The position numbers were made by a program, and so were the translations under genes. Below, piece after piece: positions 35,254 to 39,305 of a stretch of DNA of 39,305 nt. The stretch covers positions 1 through 39,305 of the forward strand of contig JBMOEX010000003.1 of the NCBI GenBank assembly GCA_049314535.1, written 5' to 3'. Every line of letters begins with the position of its first letter. Positions within the stretch are counted from its first letter, which is position 1. The notes below the pieces were generated by a model, which ran no database searches, had not been told where the DNA came from, and worked only from the letters and a program-made list of their open reading frames with translations. This DNA comes from Vampirovibrionia bacterium. GTDB taxonomy: Bacteria > Cyanobacteriota > Vampirovibrionia > LMEP-6097.

Positions 35254-36141
35254 ATGAATTTTGAGTTCTCACCTACCAGTATAAATTTTGGAACCACTCT
35301 TGAGTCCTCACCTACCACTGGTATAAATATTGGAACTAATACTTTTGATATAAACAAAAGTGTTATTCCAATTACTGAAACGCCTAAAAACCAAACGCTT
35401 ACAATTAATGATAATTATAAAGATACTTTTTCTACCTCTTCTACCTCAGAAAAACCCTCACTCACAGAGACATTACTTTTTAATCCATCAACAACAAATG
35501 CAAGTATTTTCACAAATACAAATGTAAATACTTCAACAAATCAAAATATTATCAATACAATAAATTTTGATGATCCAAATATTACTTTCGGCTTCTCAGA
35601 CATTAAAATTAACACTAATACTTTTAATGTTGATAACGAATGGATAAATAATGCCGATAATATCAATTTTAGCTTTAATACAGTGCAAGAAGATTTATTA
35701 AAAAACCTAATCGAACCTGAAGCAGTCTACGATATAAATGAACTAATAGATGACACCGATATATTATATTCAGAGACCTTTGTTAGTTACGACTACCATG
35801 ATGATCCTCTACCAAACAATTATTATTATTCAGACGACGAAAACTCAGAAATACGCGCAGGAAGTCCCGAGTTTCATGCATTAACGAAGGAAGACCAAGG
35901 CTTAATACTAGGTCAATTAAATACAGAAACTGCACAGAAGAACGCAGTAGAAGAACTCACTTCATGGGGAGTTCCTAGACATATTGCACTGGCTATAGTA
36001 ACAAACAATACTGAATCATTAAAAGAAAAAACTAAAGGAATGTCAAGCGAAACTGCTTCTAAGTACCTAAGCTTAGCTGGTCTAAGTATCACAGAAAATA
36101 CACAATACGAGAGCAAAATTTTAGGCTTAACTATAAGCTAA
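35254..36141 (+). CDS. Hypothetical Thr/Asn-rich acidic low-complexity protein
   Basis: 295-aa ORF filling the gap between two minus-strand genes; N-terminal imperfect duplication (EFSPTSINFGT / ESSPTTGINIGT). Confidence 0.65.
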   Translation: MNFEFSPTSINFGTTLESSPTTGINIGTNTFDINKSVIPITETPKNQTLTINDNYKDTFSTSSTSEKPSLTETLLFNPSTTNASIFTNTNVNTSTNQNIINTINFDDPNITFGFSDIKINTNTFNVDNEWINNADNINFSFNTVQEDLLKNLIEPEAVYDINELIDDTDILYSETFVSYDYHDDPLPNNYYYSDDENSEIRAGSPEFHALTKEDQGLILGQLNTETAQKNAVEELTSWGVPRHIALAIVTNNTESLKEKTKGMSSETASKYLSLAGLSITENTQYESKILGLTIS

Positions 36142-36178
36142 AAGCCACCCTTCTTTTCGACAAGCATCCCTAAATTTC

Positions 36179-37501
36179 CTAAGCAAAAAACTTAGCTTCT
36201 TTAATCTTAAACAGATCCACAAAAAAGAATAGTAAAGTCTTAGTCACAAACAACGAACTAAACAAACTAATCAAAACACCAAGAAGTAGTGTCACGGCAA
36301 AGCCTTTCACAATCCCCGTTCCAAACACAATCAAAACTAAACTAACAATAGAAGTATTCATATTACTATCAAAAATACTGCTATAAGCCTTATCAAAACC
36401 GTCTCTCATCCCAATAAGAACAGACTTGCCTGTCGCCATCTCTTCTTTAGCACGCTCGAAAATTAATATATTAGCGTCGACAGCCATACCGATACTTAAA
36501 ATAAAACCAGCCACCCCAGCAAGAGTTAAGGTTACTGTATCTTTAAACACGGCAAGAGTGAGGAATACATAAATAAATAGAGCTAAACTAGCCACTGCTC
36601 CTGAAAATCTATACATGGAGATCATAAAAATAACGACTAAAGCGAAGCCCAGAATTCCAGCCCAAAGGCTCTTATTAATTGACTCTTGCCCCAAAGTAGC
36701 ACTAATAGATCGTTCCGTAAGAATTTTCACGGGAACTGGTAAGGCACCAGCATTTAACTGTACAGCTAGATCCTGAGCATCTTCTACCGAAAAATCACCA
36801 GAAATCTGTCCAGAGCCTCCAGAGATAACGCTTTTCACAGTCGGTGCAGAAATTAAATTCCCATCTAAAAAGATCGCAAGCGGCTTACCTATTAACTTAG
36901 CTGTAAGCTCAGAAAACTTCCTCGCAGAGTCTGGTTTTAAATCAAAATTCACAGCCCAGCCCATGCCACCATCAGACATCGCCTGTGCTTTTTTAAAATC
37001 AGCCCCAGTAATGCCTGTAGAAACCCATTCTCCCTTTTCATTCATTTGAGCGAATTCGAGAAAAGCGGTAGCAAGCAGTCTTCTTTTAACCGCTTGTGGA
37101 TTAGCTCCTGGAACTTCCACTAAAACTCTATCCTTCCCAACCTGCTGCACAACAGCTTCTGTAGTACCTGAAGCATTAACCCTATTTTCAAAAACTTTCA
37201 CTAAACCAGCCATAGTCTCTGGATTTATTACAGGAACAGCTTCTGAGGGCAGCGCCTTAAACTCAAACTGCGAACCACCGATTAAATCTAAACCCAACTT
37301 AATGTTACTGTAAACATTGAAATTAGCAATCACCAGAAATGGCTTTCGGGGAGACTCTAGAGGAGCATTAACTGACTGCTTCTCAGCTCCAAGCTTTGCA
37401 GCAGGCTGATTAATTAACTGAAAACTAAAGACCGAAAATAGCGCCCAAAGCATCAGTACACCTATTACAATAAGCCTAAAATTACGTTTTACAAATTCCA
37501 T
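36179..37501 (-). CDS. secD: Protein translocase subunit SecD
   Basis: Motifs KLGLDLIGG, RVNASGTTE, LAIFLDG, LNAGALPVP, GMAVDANILIFER, IFDSN and VKGFAVTL. Confidence 0.96.
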   Translation of the reverse strand: MEFVKRNFRLIVIGVLMLWALFSVFSFQLINQPAAKLGAEKQSVNAPLESPRKPFLVIANFNVYSNIKLGLDLIGGSQFEFKALPSEAVPVINPETMAGLVKVFENRVNASGTTEAVVQQVGKDRVLVEVPGANPQAVKRRLLATAFLEFAQMNEKGEWVSTGITGADFKKAQAMSDGGMGWAVNFDLKPDSARKFSELTAKLIGKPLAIFLDGNLISAPTVKSVISGGSGQISGDFSVEDAQDLAVQLNAGALPVPVKILTERSISATLGQESINKSLWAGILGFALVVIFMISMYRFSGAVASLALFIYVFLTLAVFKDTVTLTLAGVAGFILSIGMAVDANILIFERAKEEMATGKSVLIGMRDGFDKAYSSIFDSNMNTSIVSLVLIVFGTGIVKGFAVTLLLGVLISLFSSLFVTKTLLFFFVDLFKIKEAKFFA

Positions 37502-37508
37502 GCTCTAG

Positions 37509-38513
37509 TTAATTTAGCATGGGATCTAGAAACTTACTTTTAAATACAGAATAATTTTTAGATTCATAGGCTTCCTTAACCTTCGCAAATATTTGATTTA
37601 AATTACCGATATCCTTGGGGTAAAACGCCACGATGGTTGAACCAGAACCAGCGAGTAAAACCTTATTCGCTCCAAATTTAGAATACAAAGTATCTTTAAT
37701 TTGTGTTAACAACGGATAATCATCTATGATCGCCTCTTCGAAACTATTATAAACATCTTCAATGACGTCATTTTTTTGAACAGATTGCGAAGATCCTTCT
37801 CGATTAAAAACTAAACCTGTTATTTTTTTCAAGCGCTTTTTCTCAGCAAACTTATCAACTGCCCTATAAGCATCAGAACTAAGTATCCCAAAATCAGGCT
37901 TAACCATAATTAAATTTGAAATCTCATTATAATTAATGTTTGACTTCTTATCTTTAAAGTCATCCCCAATCCCTTCAGCATAAGCACGAGTCTGTAGGGT
38001 TGAATTTAAACAAAATGGTACATCTGCGCCTACTTTAGCTGCTAACTGCAGAAGGACAGCGGAGGAGAGTCCCCCATTAAAATTTTCATAAAAATATCTG
38101 TTAATTACTCTTAAAATTGCAGCAGCATCAGCGCTACCACCAGCTAAACCTGCCGAAATAGGAATTTTTTTATCTATGTAGATGTTTAGTTTAATTTTCT
38201 GAATTTGCTCTAAAACCTTTGGGTCTACAGCAGCAAAGTAAAGCATTAAGGATTTATGTACGATGTTCTTTTGCCCAAGTTTCTCTATTTCTGGGACATT
38301 TGATTTAATAATAACTTCATAACTAATCTTTTCCGATTTAACAACCACTGACTCTATCTCTACATTTAATTGATCTGCTAAATCGATAGCTTGAAATAAA
38401 GTTTTAACATTGTGCAAACCATCTTCACGTGGATAAAATTTGCGATCCAGAACATCAAGATATAAATTAATCTTAGCTGGAGCTTTTTCTTGGTAAACAG
38501 TCTTTATTATCAC
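37509..38513 (-). CDS. ispE: 4-diphosphocytidyl-2-C-methyl-D-erythritol kinase
   Basis: Motifs APAKINLYL, KKIPISAGLAGGSADAA (GHMP), GADVPFC and GSGST; GTG start. Confidence 0.92.
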   Translation of the reverse strand: MIIKTVYQEKAPAKINLYLDVLDRKFYPREDGLHNVKTLFQAIDLADQLNVEIESVVVKSEKISYEVIIKSNVPEIEKLGQKNIVHKSLMLYFAAVDPKVLEQIQKIKLNIYIDKKIPISAGLAGGSADAAAILRVINRYFYENFNGGLSSAVLLQLAAKVGADVPFCLNSTLQTRAYAEGIGDDFKDKKSNINYNEISNLIMVKPDFGILSSDAYRAVDKFAEKKRLKKITGLVFNREGSSQSVQKNDVIEDVYNSFEEAIIDDYPLLTQIKDTLYSKFGANKVLLAGSGSTIVAFYPKDIGNLNQIFAKVKEAYESKNYSVFKSKFLDPMLN

Positions 38514-38600
38514 TTTTATTATTATGGACGTTTTACATTAAAAAGCAAACATGAAATATAAATAATCACAATAAAATCATACTTTAAGGCTAGCTTTTGA

Positions 38601-38673
38601 GCACTATTGCGAAACTGAAAGTTCTACGCTTACGACGCCCACAGCCTCGAACTTTCACGCTCGGAAGCAGTGC
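38601..38673. repeat. Imperfect palindrome in the 16S trailer
   Basis: GCACT (38601-05) / AGTGC (38669-73) and TGAAAGTTC (38616-24) / GAACTTTCA (38649-57) are nested inverted repeats. Confidence 0.6.
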
Positions 38674-38825
38674 CTTCGAGTAAAAACTGCTATTTTGTAA
38701 ACAAACTGAAAACTGAATAATACCTGAACCTCATTAATGAACACTCCACTAACAAGAACTGAGTTTTAATTGAAAACTTGTTAGCTTCACAGTGATCGAC
38801 CATAGGACTGGTGTCCTACTCCTTA

Positions 38826-39305
<480 letters not shown>

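Noticed and set aside
38514-38825. tRNA-Ile/Ala in the 16S trailer
   Set aside because: No cloverleaf or convincing T-arm/acceptor pattern was found on either strand by eye.

Overview
AT-rich, gene-dense chromosomal window. It most likely comes from a non-photosynthetic member of the Cyanobacteria/Melainabacteria group (Vampirovibrionia-like). That placement is an inference from the separate b and b' ATP synthase subunits, a DUF3326 gene, a cyanobacterial-style 16S 3' end and the presence of flagellar basal-body genes. Most genes are housekeeping (metH, lepB, ArnT-like glycosyltransferase, ndhG/ndhE, rimM, IMPDH/GMPR family, ilvN, rpiB, atp c-b'-b-delta, Nfu-type scaffold, uppP, trmD, secD, ispE, 3' part of 16S rRNA), in strongly fragmented operons. 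Unusual elements: (1) a fliE-fliF-fliG-fliH cluster in which FliG is reduced to its N-terminal domain and FliH carries a ~665-aa acidic repeat tail, suggesting a motor-less flagellum-derived type III export machine; (2) two small paralogous helical-hairpin proteins and a FliK-like protein nearby as candidate components or substrates; (3) a 1639-aa M48 metallopeptidase + ABC1/UbiB kinase fusion; (4) a three-gene TIGR04255-like module resembling a toxin-antitoxin-chaperone system; (5) a 123-bp palindromic element inserted in frame in trmD; (6) a 16S gene unlinked from 23S; (7) repeated -10-like boxes directly before start codons, suggesting leaderless mRNAs. All family assignments come from motif recognition by eye; no searches were run.
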